Both the position numbers and the translations under genes were made by a program. Source: Paraspadella gotoi (taxonomy: Eukaryota; Animalia; Chaetognatha). From it: a stretch of 64,000 bases of DNA. How positions within the stretch are numbered: position 1 is the first letter of the stretch; the number at the start of each line of letters is the position of its first letter. The DNA lies in contig CM119267.1 in NCBI GenBank assembly GCA_051294375.1, forward strand, positions 15,354,105 through 15,418,104. Reading direction: 5' to 3'. Under the pieces are notes generated by a model. The model had not been told where the DNA came from, made no database searches, and was given only the letters and a program-made list of their open reading frames with translations. Below, in pieces: positions 49,101-64,000 of the stretch.

Positions 49101-49437
49101 AGTCCGTCGTCCGCCGGTCATTTCGTTCGTGGTAGCTTCGGTTGGCGCGATCAACGCCATCGCGATCCTCCCGCGTTTTCTCAGTCGATCTTTCGGGAGA
49201 TTTGGCGAGGAAAAAGTCGGTGGCGCCATCGTCGGCGGCGGAGGGGGAGGCGTTGTCTTGTCGGTCGTCTGTCGTCGAATCCTCGCGATGTCGATGGCGA
49301 GACTTTTTCGACTTTCTACGCCGTTTACGTTCCTCGTCTGATCTTTCGGGGGATCGCGACCCGTGACGCTTATGCTTCTTTTTGCGAGAAGGCGACCGGT
49401 CGGAATCTCGATCACGATTTTTTGACTTCGAACCCAT
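46181..49437 (-). CDS. SART1: U4/U6.U5 tri-snRNP-associated protein 1 (Snu66), multi-exon
   Basis: HIND motif [19 protein letters not shown]; [22 protein letters not shown]...[31 protein letters not shown]. Confidence 0.95.
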
Positions 49438-49613
49438 TTTCTCTTTTAACGGTTTGAAAATAATAAACAACAAAAATAATAAAAATAGATTCAACAACGA
49501 GGCGTCAAAAAACGCCGAGGAGTAAAAGCAGTAAAAAAAAAATCATCACGCTCTAGTTCTTAACGGAGGCACATTGTTCGCTAATGCAACAAAATATCAT
49601 AACTACTCGGAAA

Positions 49614-52600
49614 TCACTGAGAATTTTTTCGGTTGTGGTAGAAGCTCAGGGTTTCTTTGTCAAAGGACAGCGGGACGATCCCGACCTCGCCGGAAAATCG
49701 GTTCTTGACAATTTGCAAATATTTTTTGTTCAACTGCGACTGAAGGATGATAACATTGTCGGCTTCTTGCGTCGCCTTGGCCGATCCGAAAATGGACGAA
49801 ATCCCGAGACCGCTGTGAGGGTCGTCTTCCTTGCGTGGGTGAACGATAAGCGTCACGTGACAGTTTTTCGAAGTCGCAAAATGACGGAATGCCGAGATGA
49901 TGGTATCCTGGAATTGTAGCGCGAGATTTGCAGGAAAAAGAAAGGAAAAATTAAAACAACTGCGAGACTGCAAGTCCCAGAAGAAAAGCAAAAGTAAAAC
50001 GCCGACCGACCCAGAAACGTTCGCACCTGCAGATGAAACCTGTCAAAGTTGCTTCCTGACCCCAACTGATAGTCCATCATGAATTGGAGGTTGTCAATGA
50101 CGACATGGCTGATATCATGGACATAGCAGGCATGAATCATGACGTCTAAGACCTTCTTGAGAGGCGCCGGTCCGAGAAAACGGAGAAAAGAGATCGGGAG
50201 TTGCTCGAACTCATCGGCGAAGTCGTCGAAACAATCCAATGACTTGGAGAGATTCACGCCGGCGAACTGAAGATTTTCATGAAAGGTAAAAAAAATGGGC
50301 GAGAAAAATAGAGGATAAAACTATTTAAAAAAAAAACCTGCGTTAAAGTCGTTTTCAATAATCGGACATTGTTGATCTCGAAACTTCCCCAGAGGGTACT
50401 CGTTCCTTGCATCGCCAAATCCAGGGCGTACTCGCTCACGAAGGTGGTCTTGCCGCAACCTGATGAAAAGCTCTAGAATTCAATGATCAAGCTGAACAAA
50501 AAAACTTGGGGAGAACTCACCGGTGGGTCCGGTTAAAACTGTTAGTTCGCCTCTTCTGTGGCCACTGAGAACTTTAGTCAGCTTAGGAAATCTCTTCCAT
50601 TTTAAGCCCTACTTAAAAAGAAAGTGGTTTAAGTTTTTCACGGATCTCATAACAAAACTGTTCCGAACGAACTTTGATTTGTTCCGCCTGACGCAATTCC
50701 TCGTAAACATCCTGCCGAAGATTAGAAAACGTGGTGATGGCTTCATGCTTGACGGGTTCGCTGTTGCTCAGAATCCGTTTGATATTGAGCGAGTGGGCGA
50801 CGGCTTTTAACGGCGACGGCTGATCCACCTTGGGACGAACGAAGTGGCAGCGTTTTATACCTAGCTTCTGTGCGAATAGCTTCGCCTGTTGCCACGATTG
50901 AACATCATTGTCAAACCATATGGTAAGTTTCTTGAATCGTTCGAGCTGGGGCAGTTCGTAATGAGGTAGGCGACAGATACCTTAAAAAAAAAATACTAAA
51001 ATAATTGTTTTAACGTCATTACAAGCGTGATTAAATTTGGTAGGTATTGGCAAAAAAAATAATATTTTTGCTTTTGCACAGATATCCAAATAAAGAAATA
51101 CCTACAAAATTTACTAAAATATTTTTTTTCAGTATACTAACTTTTAAGTAAAAATGATTATACCTTTCGGCAAGGCTACGACAGCTTGGGCCGGTTTGGT
51201 CATTTGGTGAAGAACCAGAACGTCGATGACGTTAGAGCAAATGACTATTTCGGTGGCTTCGGAAGAGACCTGCGCCAATCCGAAGAGGCCAATGGGGATG
51301 TTGGCGCTGCGGGGAAAAACTTGTTCGCACTTCATGATTGTGAAATCGATTTCATCTTCGTCGGTCTCTTTGTCGGACGAATTTGACGAATGTCTTGATT
51401 TTCCGTTTCCACGAGAGTAAAACTTAATCCCGGTCACGTCGCCTTTGTCGTTGGTCAAAGGAAAAATCAACGATTCTCGAGCTTGATCGTACTTGACGCC
51501 AAATCTAATTTGTGATTGTGATTGTTACGGAAAAGTATTTAATTTTTAGATAAAACTTCAAGAAACTTTAACAGCAGTAGTAGATTCAGCACCTTTTGAA
51601 AGTGGACTTTGAAAGTGCAGAAGGCAGCCCGTGAGTCGCCAAGACTTTCGTAAAGCGCTCATCCGGCAAATCATTCATAAAAAAAGCGCTCGTGTACAGG
51701 CTGTCAAGCTCTTCCATTTGCTTAGGCGAGGGTCGAGAAAACTTGATTCCTTTAAAAGATAAAACTACACTCACGAATCCCGAAAGTGAAATGGTTAAAA
51801 CTTATAAACCTTTGCTTTTACCAGGAAGTAAATTAGCTTCCTCCAGGGAATTCCCGAGGGGCTTTCCAGACGAAGATAACATGGATATAACGTCTTCCAA
51901 AACCCGCCAGGATCCTTAAAAGAGAAAGCCCAATCAGTATTGAATGTCGTGTCACCACTAAAACACCATTAAAATTTTTCCTCACCTTGCCTTCGACAAT
52001 TTAGGCACATAAAGAACCCAGTCGTATCGTTGATAGTGAGATCTCGATTGACGCTCCCAGAAACTTTGTTCATGAACGAAGAGGTTTCCTGCGAAAGATT
52101 TTCTTTCTCTTCGAGGAAACAACCCAAAACACATGGCATCCGCAAAACGGTGAAGCCAGAATCGTAAGGAATGCCATGATTGCGTAAAAACTTTTTCCTT
52201 GTGAAAAAAGTTAAGGGTGAAACAAAATCTATTATTAATAAAACAAAGTAACATTCACTTCTTTGCGAACCAAAATCAGGGTAAGTAAGCCTTATTTGGT
52301 AAATAACAGAAAATAATAAATAAAAAACTAACATCGTAGGGACAAAAAAGACGAGCAACGCGCCAAATAGTGAAGTACGTAAACAAGTAAACCCACCTGA
52401 ACGTCGAGGAAATTTTTTCGGCTTCAATTTCTTCTGGGTCGTCGAGAGGATCGGTTAAACTATGCATCGCTCCCACACTGCCGTAATGTCGGACGACGAT
52501 GCGAAAAAAGCTGCGGTGCGTTGGAAACGTGGACGCAAACGAGGCATGATTTTTCCTGTAATAATGCGGCTGTGACCTCTGGCCGAGAGCGGTTGTAATA

Positions 52601-52722
52601 GAGGGAGGTAAAACGTCCGCCCATATTGAACCAATAAATTTGGATGACAGTAAAAGAGATAAAGATTCGTAGGGGTTCGAGAATGCTATGTTGGTTAAGG
52701 CACGCGGCTGGAAGAGCGGCAT
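49614..52722 (-). CDS. TWNK: Mitochondrial DNA helicase Twinkle, multi-exon
   Basis: [81 protein letters not shown]. Confidence 0.95.
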
Positions 52723-53361
52723 GCTCTGAAATTATCAAAATGAAAAACAATATGTATAATATTTTCTATAAAAAAACTACATTTTCATAGAATCGCCTCT
52801 TTTGCGCTCAGATTTATCATGGTTGAAAAAAATAGTAAAAATAATCATACTTTGAGAAAAAGAGCAATATAATAAATTCATGCAATTAAAAGGGTGGTGG
52901 AGAAACACCAAAAATACAAAAAAGCAACCGACTAGACTGCTATGGTATCATAACAAAAAACCAACAAATATTCTTCAATTACTAGAAATAACTAGTATAG
53001 ACTGACAACTTTATAAGCTTTGGTTTGAATTTCATAAATCTTTTTAGTGCAATAATTAGAGAGAATTTGATTTATTTTTAGGGCAATAATTTAATAATAA
53101 TTAAATTAACGAGTAAGAAATAATATTTTAATGCAATATAAAACCCTTTTCGCAAGCCCATGTATTAAAAGAAGATACAACGAATACAAGCAAAAAAAAA
53201 CTAACCACAAATCAATTAAGGGCTGCAGACTTAAACCAAGTGCTTTTCAACCGATTACAGTCAAAATAATTTCAAGCCTCCTTAAAAAAATAGAAACTAG
53301 ACTCACATAATGAGACAGTCTTTGGCAAATACTGAGAGTAAAAATGCTAATTAATTTTTGA

Positions 53362-56840
<3,479 letters not shown>

Positions 56841-57591
56841 TTATTGCCTAATAAAGAAGTTCCGCAGGGTTTACATGGCATTACGTATTTATATAAAAGA
56901 GCACCACATCCCATTTACAAAAAAAATAAGGGTGGAGCATAAGGTAAACTTTTTACAACTTATAAAAGAAAAAAAGCCGGAAATATTAACAATAAATAGT
57001 AAATAATTAAATACTAACTGAGTAAAAAAATGGCGCTTTTTTAACAAGGCAAAGTGAACAATGAAACAGAAAAACAGCCATTATATGAATTTATTTAAAA
57101 AATTAAATTCCTTTTTTTTTACATAAGATCTGTCTTAATGTCGGGAAGAAACTTTAATAAATATCCTAAAAAAACTGTTTTAATCACTTGAGAGCATTTA
57201 CATGTATCAACATTTGACAATCATTTTTATATATAACTAAAAAAATTACCGGACAGGCGTAGCGATACCAAGAAAAAGACCTTTTTTAAAATTCAGCAGT
57301 AAATACTACTTAATTAGTTATAATGATAACAATAATAAAGTCCCAAAATAAGGAGTACGAAATGGTTACAATTTGATAACCCGCCAAAATGCAGTTTGTA
57401 TGAAATTTTAAAATATTTTTAACTCGGTGCTCCTAACTCCTAACAATTTTTATGGCTTGGCTAAAAGGTTAAAGCTACGTATGGTTTCGGTTTCTTTTAG
57501 AAGAACTCTCTTATACAGAACCAACATTCAACAATGTATATTTGATACATTGTTATAAAAAATAATGTTTGAAAACTTTAAAATAATTCTC

Positions 57592-60500
57592 TTAAACGTG
57601 GGGACTAGTAAAGAGCGGCGTGGCGTCTAAAGTTGTATGACCCGTGGCCGCCGCCACCGCCGCAGCCGCCGCTTTGAATCCAACAGCGTTAGCGTTTAAA
57701 TTTTGCGCCTGCATGGCTCCCATCAGCCCCGACAGAGTCTTGGGGTTGATGACAGCTACTGGATGAGCGGCGGCTGAATGTGGCAATTGAATGGCGGCAG
57801 CGGCGTGCGGAATCTGGATAGCGGTGGCATGCTCGACCGCACCGCCTGGGTGAACAATGTGAGTATTTAGGTGATTAGGATGCAGCGCAGTTGCAGCGCC
57901 ACCGGGCGAGGTCGTAATCACATCGATTGCGGTCGTGGGCGCGCCAGTCATCAGGCTTAACGCCGCTTCGTGCGGCGCCGGTGGTAAACTGGCTATGGCA
58001 ATGGCGCCGGCATGAGGAAAAGCGGGAAACGTAACAAGGCCAGATGGATGCGCGCCCGTGACTCCGACGATGGAAACAGAAGTAGGCGCGGAAAACACGT
58101 TCTTTAAATCGGCGGCCGCGACGACGCGAGGAACTAGAGCGGAAGGTGTCTCAGTCAAGGAAGCCGCGCTCGTCATGACGATTGGGGTAGCCGAGGAGGC
58201 GTGGCTAGAAGCCTCGGTGGGCGTAGTAGCGGGAGAAGCGGTCGATTCTCGAGACGCTTCTGCGACTGTGGACGTTGAAGTCAAGGTGACTCGCGGCGAG
58301 CTGGCTCTTGACGAACGACTAGCGCTAGAATGAAGTCTCTGAACGTGAACCTTTAGACTGCGCTTCTCAGTGAAAGCTTTCCGACAAGCAGCGCACTGGA
58401 ATGGCTTTTCCCCCGAATGAATTTTCATGTGACGATTCAATTTGGATTTTTCCGCGAAGGCTTGAACGCACTGGGGACATCGAAACGGCCGTTCTCCAGT
58501 ATGAATTCTCTCGTGGGCGGTGAGATGACATTTTTTTGTGAAACCTTTTTTGCATAATGGGCATTTGAAGGGTCGAGGACTGGCGCAACCCGCCTTTGTG
58601 CAGTTGCCTTGAATAGTCTGTCCTCCGCATTTGCCGCAGACCCCGTCAAAAAAGGCGTTTTCTTCATCGTCATCGTCGTCTCCAGCTTCGTCGATAGGAT
58701 CGACGAGATCCAACTTGGCCTCAACTTTGGTCGAGGGGTCAGGCGGCGGCGGCTTGGAGAGTTCGTCATTGGTATCGACTTTTGAAACTTCGAGAGAATC
58801 GTCGAGTTGACCATTGAAGACGACGATGGCTCCCAACTCCGACGAACCATCCACGACTCTTTCTTTGTGCATGCGCTTAACGTGTTTTTGCACAAGGCTC
58901 TTGTAGGCAAAAGTTTTGCCGCAGTGCGGACAGGAGCATCCCTTTGATGGCTTTACGCGCAGCTTTTCTTCGTTTTTTGTTATTTTCACCAGAAGAGGAG
59001 GTGGTGGCGTCAAGGAAGGAGCGTTATCTGCCGGCATTGTAGAAGGAACAACAGTTAGTTGTAACATATTTGATTCACTTCGAGCTTTATTTGGGGAGAA
59101 GCTACCCTCTTTGGCATTTGAAAATGTGAAGCTTTGCAGCACTGATGATTGGGCATCGTTGGCACAAAGTTGAGGAGGTGAGTTAGAAGACGTTTTCTGC
59201 GGCGGCGTTGACGGAGCGCGCAACTGGGGAGGCGTTACTGCAATATGCAACTGCGGAGGCGTTGTCGTAGCAGCTTGAAGCAAAGTTGAAGGTTCAGCAA
59301 CTTGAGTGGGTTGAGGCAAAACCGCTGATATGGCTGGTTGTTGCAAAATCGTCGGGGAAGGTTTCTGATGCAGAGAAGTCGGGTTGGATCTTTGTTGTAT
59401 TGGAGTGGCCTCATGTAGCAAAATCGACATTGTGCCCTGCTGATGTGAACTAGTTACTGCAGCATGATTGTGCATGGACGTTAGTGTCAAATGCTGATAT
59501 AGGGAGGTTGATGTCGTAAGTTTTGACGTTGTTGTTGGTGTGGAAAGCTGCGGCAGCGTCGTGAGATTCGCACGCTGATGTGGTGTCGCTGGAACAGAAT
59601 AATGTAGCATTGGTGAAGAGGTGTGCTGATGAATCGTCACAGGTGTAGCAAGCTGTTGCGAGGAAATTGATCCAGAATTTAGCTGCAACGTCGTTGGCGC
59701 TGAAAAAAGCTGCAGAGTCGTCGGGGCTGGATGCTGTTGAAGAATCGTCGTCGGCAAAGTATTTTGGTGCAGCGTTATTGGAGTAGCAATCTGCCGCATA
59801 ACTGTCTGTGGAGGTGGCTGCTGAAAATTTTTTTGCTGCAATCTCGTTGCCTCGACATATTGAGGTTGCATAGAGGAAGTTTGAAGCATCACATCGAGAT
59901 GCGGCTTATCCTCGGAAAGGGATTTAGAATATTCCTGCGGTGATGTCGTTGTCGCTACAAGCGATTTAGGCAAAGATGCTCGGCTGCCAGAAGAGATGGA
60001 AGACTTTGACAAACGCCTATATTTTTCATCTGGTTCTTCGACCAAAATTATCTTTTCCCGCTTGGACTCATTAATTTGTTTGCATATCGTTTCAGAAGCC
60101 GGCGACGGGGGTAGCGCAGAAGTTATTGTAGGAGGAGGTGGTGGCGGAAGCGGCTGGGGTGCTCCGGCGGATATGGTTTCTCTCGGGGCGTGAACCGGAG
60201 TCACAACAAGCGGAGGAGGTTCCAAACTCCCGGATGTGATCGTCTGTACGGTGGTAGGGATCGCGGAGGCAGAAGTCTGGATAAAATGTGCAGCGGCCGA
60301 ACCTTGGTTGGCGTCGGTAGCTCCAACACCTAAAGCGAGAGCGATTTGAAATGCGCTGTAAAAGTCGTTCTCCGAGTTGTTAATGATGCTGGAAAGGACG
60401 GCTGATTCGGCGGGAGTGGTGAGTGGGGCAGAGACTGTGGACGCGGAGTCCTTGTCCACTAGGGAATACTCCGATAATGGCGGCGGTGGAGGAGGAAGAG

Positions 60501-61833
60501 AATGCTGATTGGCAGCAGGTTGATGGTGAACGACGGAAGAAACCGCTGGGGTTAACCCAACCGCCGTCAGCGAGGCGTCGCCTACACAAGACGCGTTGTA
60601 ATTTAAGTAGTTCATAGTGACGGAAGTTCCGGGGTGCGTGAGTGAAGTCAAGTTTGTATTCTGAGACGTCTTCATTTCTGGTATAAATACGGTAGAACCG
60701 TGATGCGCGTTTGGTCTGTGATGAGAGGCAGTAGAGCGGACCTGAGAAGAAAAGACTGGGGCAAATTCAACCAGGGGAGCGGTTTGGTTGGAGCGTCCGG
60801 GCTTGGGCGCGTGCCAACCGGCAGCGCAATTATTCGTCGAGTCGATGGACAAACGTGTTGAGGTATTAACCGTTAAGGATTCAGCTTCGCTCTGATGAAT
60901 ATTTGTATTTGAAACAGCCTGTGAAATGGCAGAGGAAACTGTCGCCGTTGAAGAGGAATATGGCGTGGTTGAGACGGCCGTCGAAGTGGCGTCGTGTTGC
61001 GAAGAAGTCGAAATTGCGGCGTAAGGCGCCAAAGAGGATGAGAGCCCCGTGGCGATCGAAGAAGAAACCGGGTTAGTTACGACTGCCCCTATAGACGAGA
61101 CTAATCGCGGCATATCCACCACTTTTTCCACAACGTTGGTGAAAGATTGATGGGACGCCGAGGTGGAAACTCCACGATAAACCGCGGTCCCTGACGTCGT
61201 AGACGACGAATCGACGGCGCCAGATTCTGTCGATGCCGGATTTGAAGTTGGCGGTTCGTCCTCCAGCAACGCGAGAATGTCCGTCGCGTGGCTAAAATAC
61301 TTCCACGAAGAATTCTCGACGACCTTGGAACCGCTCGTAGAGTTAACAGATGCGTTGGTCCCTCGGCCAGGAGTCAGACCCTCTTTGGTTCGTATTAAAA
61401 CGTGAAACAGAGTCGGCATCAAAGTAGAGGATGACGGGCACGAACCAGAATACGCCAAAGATCCTAGTGGCGTAGCCGATGGTTCAGAAATCACAATAGT
61501 TTTTATCCAATAGGCCTCCCACTTGGAAACGTCTACGGAACACTGAAAAAACCCGATGCCGTTCCACACGGGATACATGCACCAACCCATGGGCAGATAT
61601 TGGGGCAAGATCTTTAAAAGATCGGGCACGGAGGTGGAGACCGCCCAATCCTTGGCTTCAGTTTGGCAAGGCGTCTCTCGCGTGCTAGTTTTTTCCGCCC
61701 CGGTCGAATCAGTTGAGACAACGGCGTGATGGTGATGGTTGTGGTGATGGTGACGTCGAGGAGAAGCCTGATTTTGAGATCCATGATTACGTCCCATTTT
61801 CTTTGGCGAGGTTCTCTTAGGATTAACATTCAT
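57592..61833 (-). CDS. Large single-exon C2H2 zinc-finger transcription factor (1413 aa)
   Basis: One isolated finger plus three tandem C2H2 fingers with HTGERPF/HSGEKPF linkers; long S/T/P/Q-rich regions. Confidence 0.9.
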   Translation of the reverse strand: MNVNPKRTSPKKMGRNHGSQNQASPRRHHHHNHHHHAVVSTDSTGAEKTSTRETPCQTEAKDWAVSTSVPDLLKILPQYLPMGWCMYPVWNGIGFFQCSVDVSKWEAYWIKTIVISEPSATPLGSLAYSGSCPSSSTLMPTLFHVLIRTKEGLTPGRGTNASVNSTSGSKVVENSSWKYFSHATDILALLEDEPPTSNPASTESGAVDSSSTTSGTAVYRGVSTSASHQSFTNVVEKVVDMPRLVSSIGAVVTNPVSSSIATGLSSSLAPYAAISTSSQHDATSTAVSTTPYSSSTATVSSAISQAVSNTNIHQSEAESLTVNTSTRLSIDSTNNCAAGWHAPKPGRSNQTAPLVEFAPVFSSQVRSTASHHRPNAHHGSTVFIPEMKTSQNTNLTSLTHPGTSVTMNYLNYNASCVGDASLTAVGLTPAVSSVVHHQPAANQHSLPPPPPPLSEYSLVDKDSASTVSAPLTTPAESAVLSSIINNSENDFYSAFQIALALGVGATDANQGSAAAHFIQTSASAIPTTVQTITSGSLEPPPLVVTPVHAPRETISAGAPQPLPPPPPPTITSALPPSPASETICKQINESKREKIILVEEPDEKYRRLSKSSISSGSRASLPKSLVATTTSPQEYSKSLSEDKPHLDVMLQTSSMQPQYVEATRLQQKNFQQPPPQTVMRQIATPITLHQNTLPTTILQQHPAPTTLQLFSAPTTLQLNSGSISSQQLATPVTIHQHTSSPMLHYSVPATPHQRANLTTLPQLSTPTTTSKLTTSTSLYQHLTLTSMHNHAAVTSSHQQGTMSILLHEATPIQQRSNPTSLHQKPSPTILQQPAISAVLPQPTQVAEPSTLLQAATTTPPQLHIAVTPPQLRAPSTPPQKTSSNSPPQLCANDAQSSVLQSFTFSNAKEGSFSPNKARSESNMLQLTVVPSTMPADNAPSLTPPPPLLVKITKNEEKLRVKPSKGCSCPHCGKTFAYKSLVQKHVKRMHKERVVDGSSELGAIVVFNGQLDDSLEVSKVDTNDELSKPPPPDPSTKVEAKLDLVDPIDEAGDDDDDEENAFFDGVCGKCGGQTIQGNCTKAGCASPRPFKCPLCKKGFTKKCHLTAHERIHTGERPFRCPQCVQAFAEKSKLNRHMKIHSGEKPFQCAACRKAFTEKRSLKVHVQRLHSSASRSSRASSPRVTLTSTSTVAEASRESTASPATTPTEASSHASSATPIVMTSAASLTETPSALVPRVVAAADLKNVFSAPTSVSIVGVTGAHPSGLVTFPAFPHAGAIAIASLPPAPHEAALSLMTGAPTTAIDVITTSPGGAATALHPNHLNTHIVHPGGAVEHATAIQIPHAAAAIQLPHSAAAHPVAVINPKTLSGLMGAMQAQNLNANAVGFKAAAAAVAAATGHTTLDATPLFTSPHV

Positions 61834-61996
61834 TTTTGTTTTTAATAGTCACGGATTTTTTTTCATAATTTTTTTTCTGGATAGTTTGCCTACCGTCCCT
61901 TCATCTTTGAAAAAGAAACAAAAATAATTATAAATTTTAAGCAAACATTCAATAATTGTTGTGTTACAAAATAAAATGTGAACAAATTGGCCACTA

Positions 61997-63828
61997 TCAT
62001 CGTAAATTATCAAACCATCGAGTTTTACAACGCTTGTGATTCGGTTCTTCGATTCTCCGATTTTCGCGACCGTCCTGATGATACTGCGCGGCCAAATCGT
62101 CCAGGTCGTTGTCCAATCTAGTCGCATCAAACGTAATTCGCGACGAATCCTCTGAGTTCTCGCCGAAAATTTCCTCCAATGCAGAATCGAGCGCCAACCG
62201 TTTTCGCTTCGAGTTTCCGCCTTTTATAGGGGCCGAGCGTAGTCGGTTATCTTCCGCTGGTCCACGGCGAACAAAAACGAGCGCCGCTGTGAAAGCATTC
62301 CGCACACGCGCCTCTTTCGCGCGCTCTTTAGTCGGGTTGTAAAAAGAGGAAAACTTAAACTCTTTTTTGTTTTGAGTTCTTTCGTCTCCTTTCATCGGAC
62401 TGGTCGTCAGAGTCTTCTGCCATTCGAGAAAAACCTCGTCTGCCCAAGTCAGCGAATGTTTCATTGGCAGACCAGTACCGAAGGCTCCTTTCTGGATTTC
62501 GAAAAGTCGCGAGACGTGATCTGTCGACGCAATATGGAGCCCCATGCTTAGTAGGCGATCGATGCCGGAATTGCTTTGAACGGAGGTTCCTTTAAAGATT
62601 AAGGATTTTTGAATTATAAGGGAGCTACCCATTACATTTGGGTCATTCTTACCGGTCATATTCAGCAACGTTAGTTTCGTAAATCCGACCAGATAGCGAA
62701 CACTAACAAAAAAGTAATCAAAAGAATAACAAAAAGGTGTAAGGGGCGAAAGTTTCTTCCCGACATGTATTAAACCCATAACGAAACTCACCATAACCCC
62801 GAGAGATTATAGTTTCCCGAAAGATCGAGCTCGCTTAAACGGGCGAGGCTTTCCCCGCCGCACATCCTGAAGCGCGACGTTATCATCCTCAAGTCTTCGT
62901 CCTTCAAGTCACAACCGACGAGCGCCAGCTTAACGAGACTGGTCATCCGCCCGACGCCCAGAAGTAGCGAACGCCGAATCCCCGGAGATTCAAACTCGAC
63001 GTCTGGAGATTCCCTCGTGGAAGTCGAGAGAGAAGGGGTTAATTTGACCGTCAGTGCCACATTGGAGCTCCGTCCTCAATGATCACCTCGTAGGCGAACC
63101 TCCTGCAACGAGGTTCGGCACGCATCGGCGACGACGTCGACGACGCCGGCGGAAATTAGCGAGTGTCTCAGATCGCAAACGGAGACGAAGCGGCACCCGT
63201 AGGCGTCGGCGAAAAGACGGAAGGCTTCAACCGAGTCTTCTGGGAGGCGAAACTTGCCGAAGCGGCGAGCCTCCTCGAACAACTGGCGTCCCACGTCTTC
63301 AGGAAATTCGATGAGGGATTCCACCAAATCGACGTGGGAAGCGACAAAGGAGAGAGCAATCTGTGACGGAAAATAAATTTATGAAAAATACAAAATAAAT
63401 TTTTTTCCTAGAAATATAAAGTCATTAATTAAAAAACGTATTGGGGGGCCAGCTTAGTATTTTTTATTAAATTTATTAAATAATTAATTTATTAAATTAG
63501 CTTCTATTTTAAATAGCAACACTGATTTACTGCAGATATTAATTAGTAAATAATATTAATTCAATTGAATTTAATCTTCAGTGTAAATCACCTGAAATAA
63601 TTTCTTGGGTCTAGCACCGTTTGCAACGATGTTTGCAGTCTTCTCTTTCGGCTTTTCAGTCTCTTTTAAGTCCTCACAATTGAGAACAGACGGCTCCAAA
63701 ACCTTTGGCGGGACTTTCCGCTTTCCCCGAACCGGCTCTTGGACCCCGTCAAACCGAACCGTTGTCGTTCCGCGATACAACTCGCCACTTCCCTCGTAAA
63801 CGTAAACCTCTCCCGACCAGTCCCCCAT
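61997..63828 (-). CDS. LRRC42: Leucine-rich repeat-containing protein 42, multi-exon (exon 1 63828-63592, exon 2 from 63360)
   Basis: Spliced GEVYVYEGSGEL...PKKLFQ|IALSFVASHVDLVESLIEFPEDVGRQLF...FADAYG...LSELDLSGN...WADEVFLEWQ follows the LRRC42 motif order. Confidence 0.85.
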
Positions 63829-64000
63829 ATTTTCAAGTTTTGCCTCGCAAGAAGCGATGCTCTGGGTAATTAATATTTAATAACTTTCCTTCCTGAACAT
63901 TGGCTGGCAGTAAGGATACGAGTTAAGCAAAGGTGAAAATAAAATGTGAACGATTTAGGTTGATATGGCGGGTAAAGGAAACATTAAGTATATCGAACAA

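Overview
Eukaryotic (metazoan-looking) draft-assembly DNA with short GT-AG introns (mostly about 55-80 nt) and abundant CpG. The window has two very different halves. (1) 1 to about 24,400 is gene-poor. It holds GA/GAAA/TAGA microsatellites, N gaps, a TA-flanked MITE and a several-kb near-duplicate block (about 6.2-10.7 kb vs 11.5-16.3 kb) that looks like a noisy long-read gap-fill artefact. One probable signal-peptide first exon (21411-21663, minus) may start a large-intron gene running leftwards. (2) 24,532-63,828 holds 13 consecutive genes, all on the minus strand. In transcription order: LRRC42, a 1413-aa C2H2 protein, SEC23, TWNK, SART1, MCEE, MED16, UTP25, CCDC86, an MSK/JIL-1 dual kinase, a basic C2H2/PxVxL protein, a C2H2 + NRF1/Ewg-like-domain protein, and a Cys/Pro-rich FAM166/CIMIP2-motif protein. 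Stop-to-ATG gaps are only 73-841 nt, and most ATGs sit just after an apparently unpaired U-rich/AG acceptor. This is the architecture expected of an SL trans-spliced animal operon (inference). The last two genes were assembled by hand from small exons that the ORF track splits or misses. All homology calls are from recalled motifs; no database search was run, and the organism cannot be determined from the sequence.
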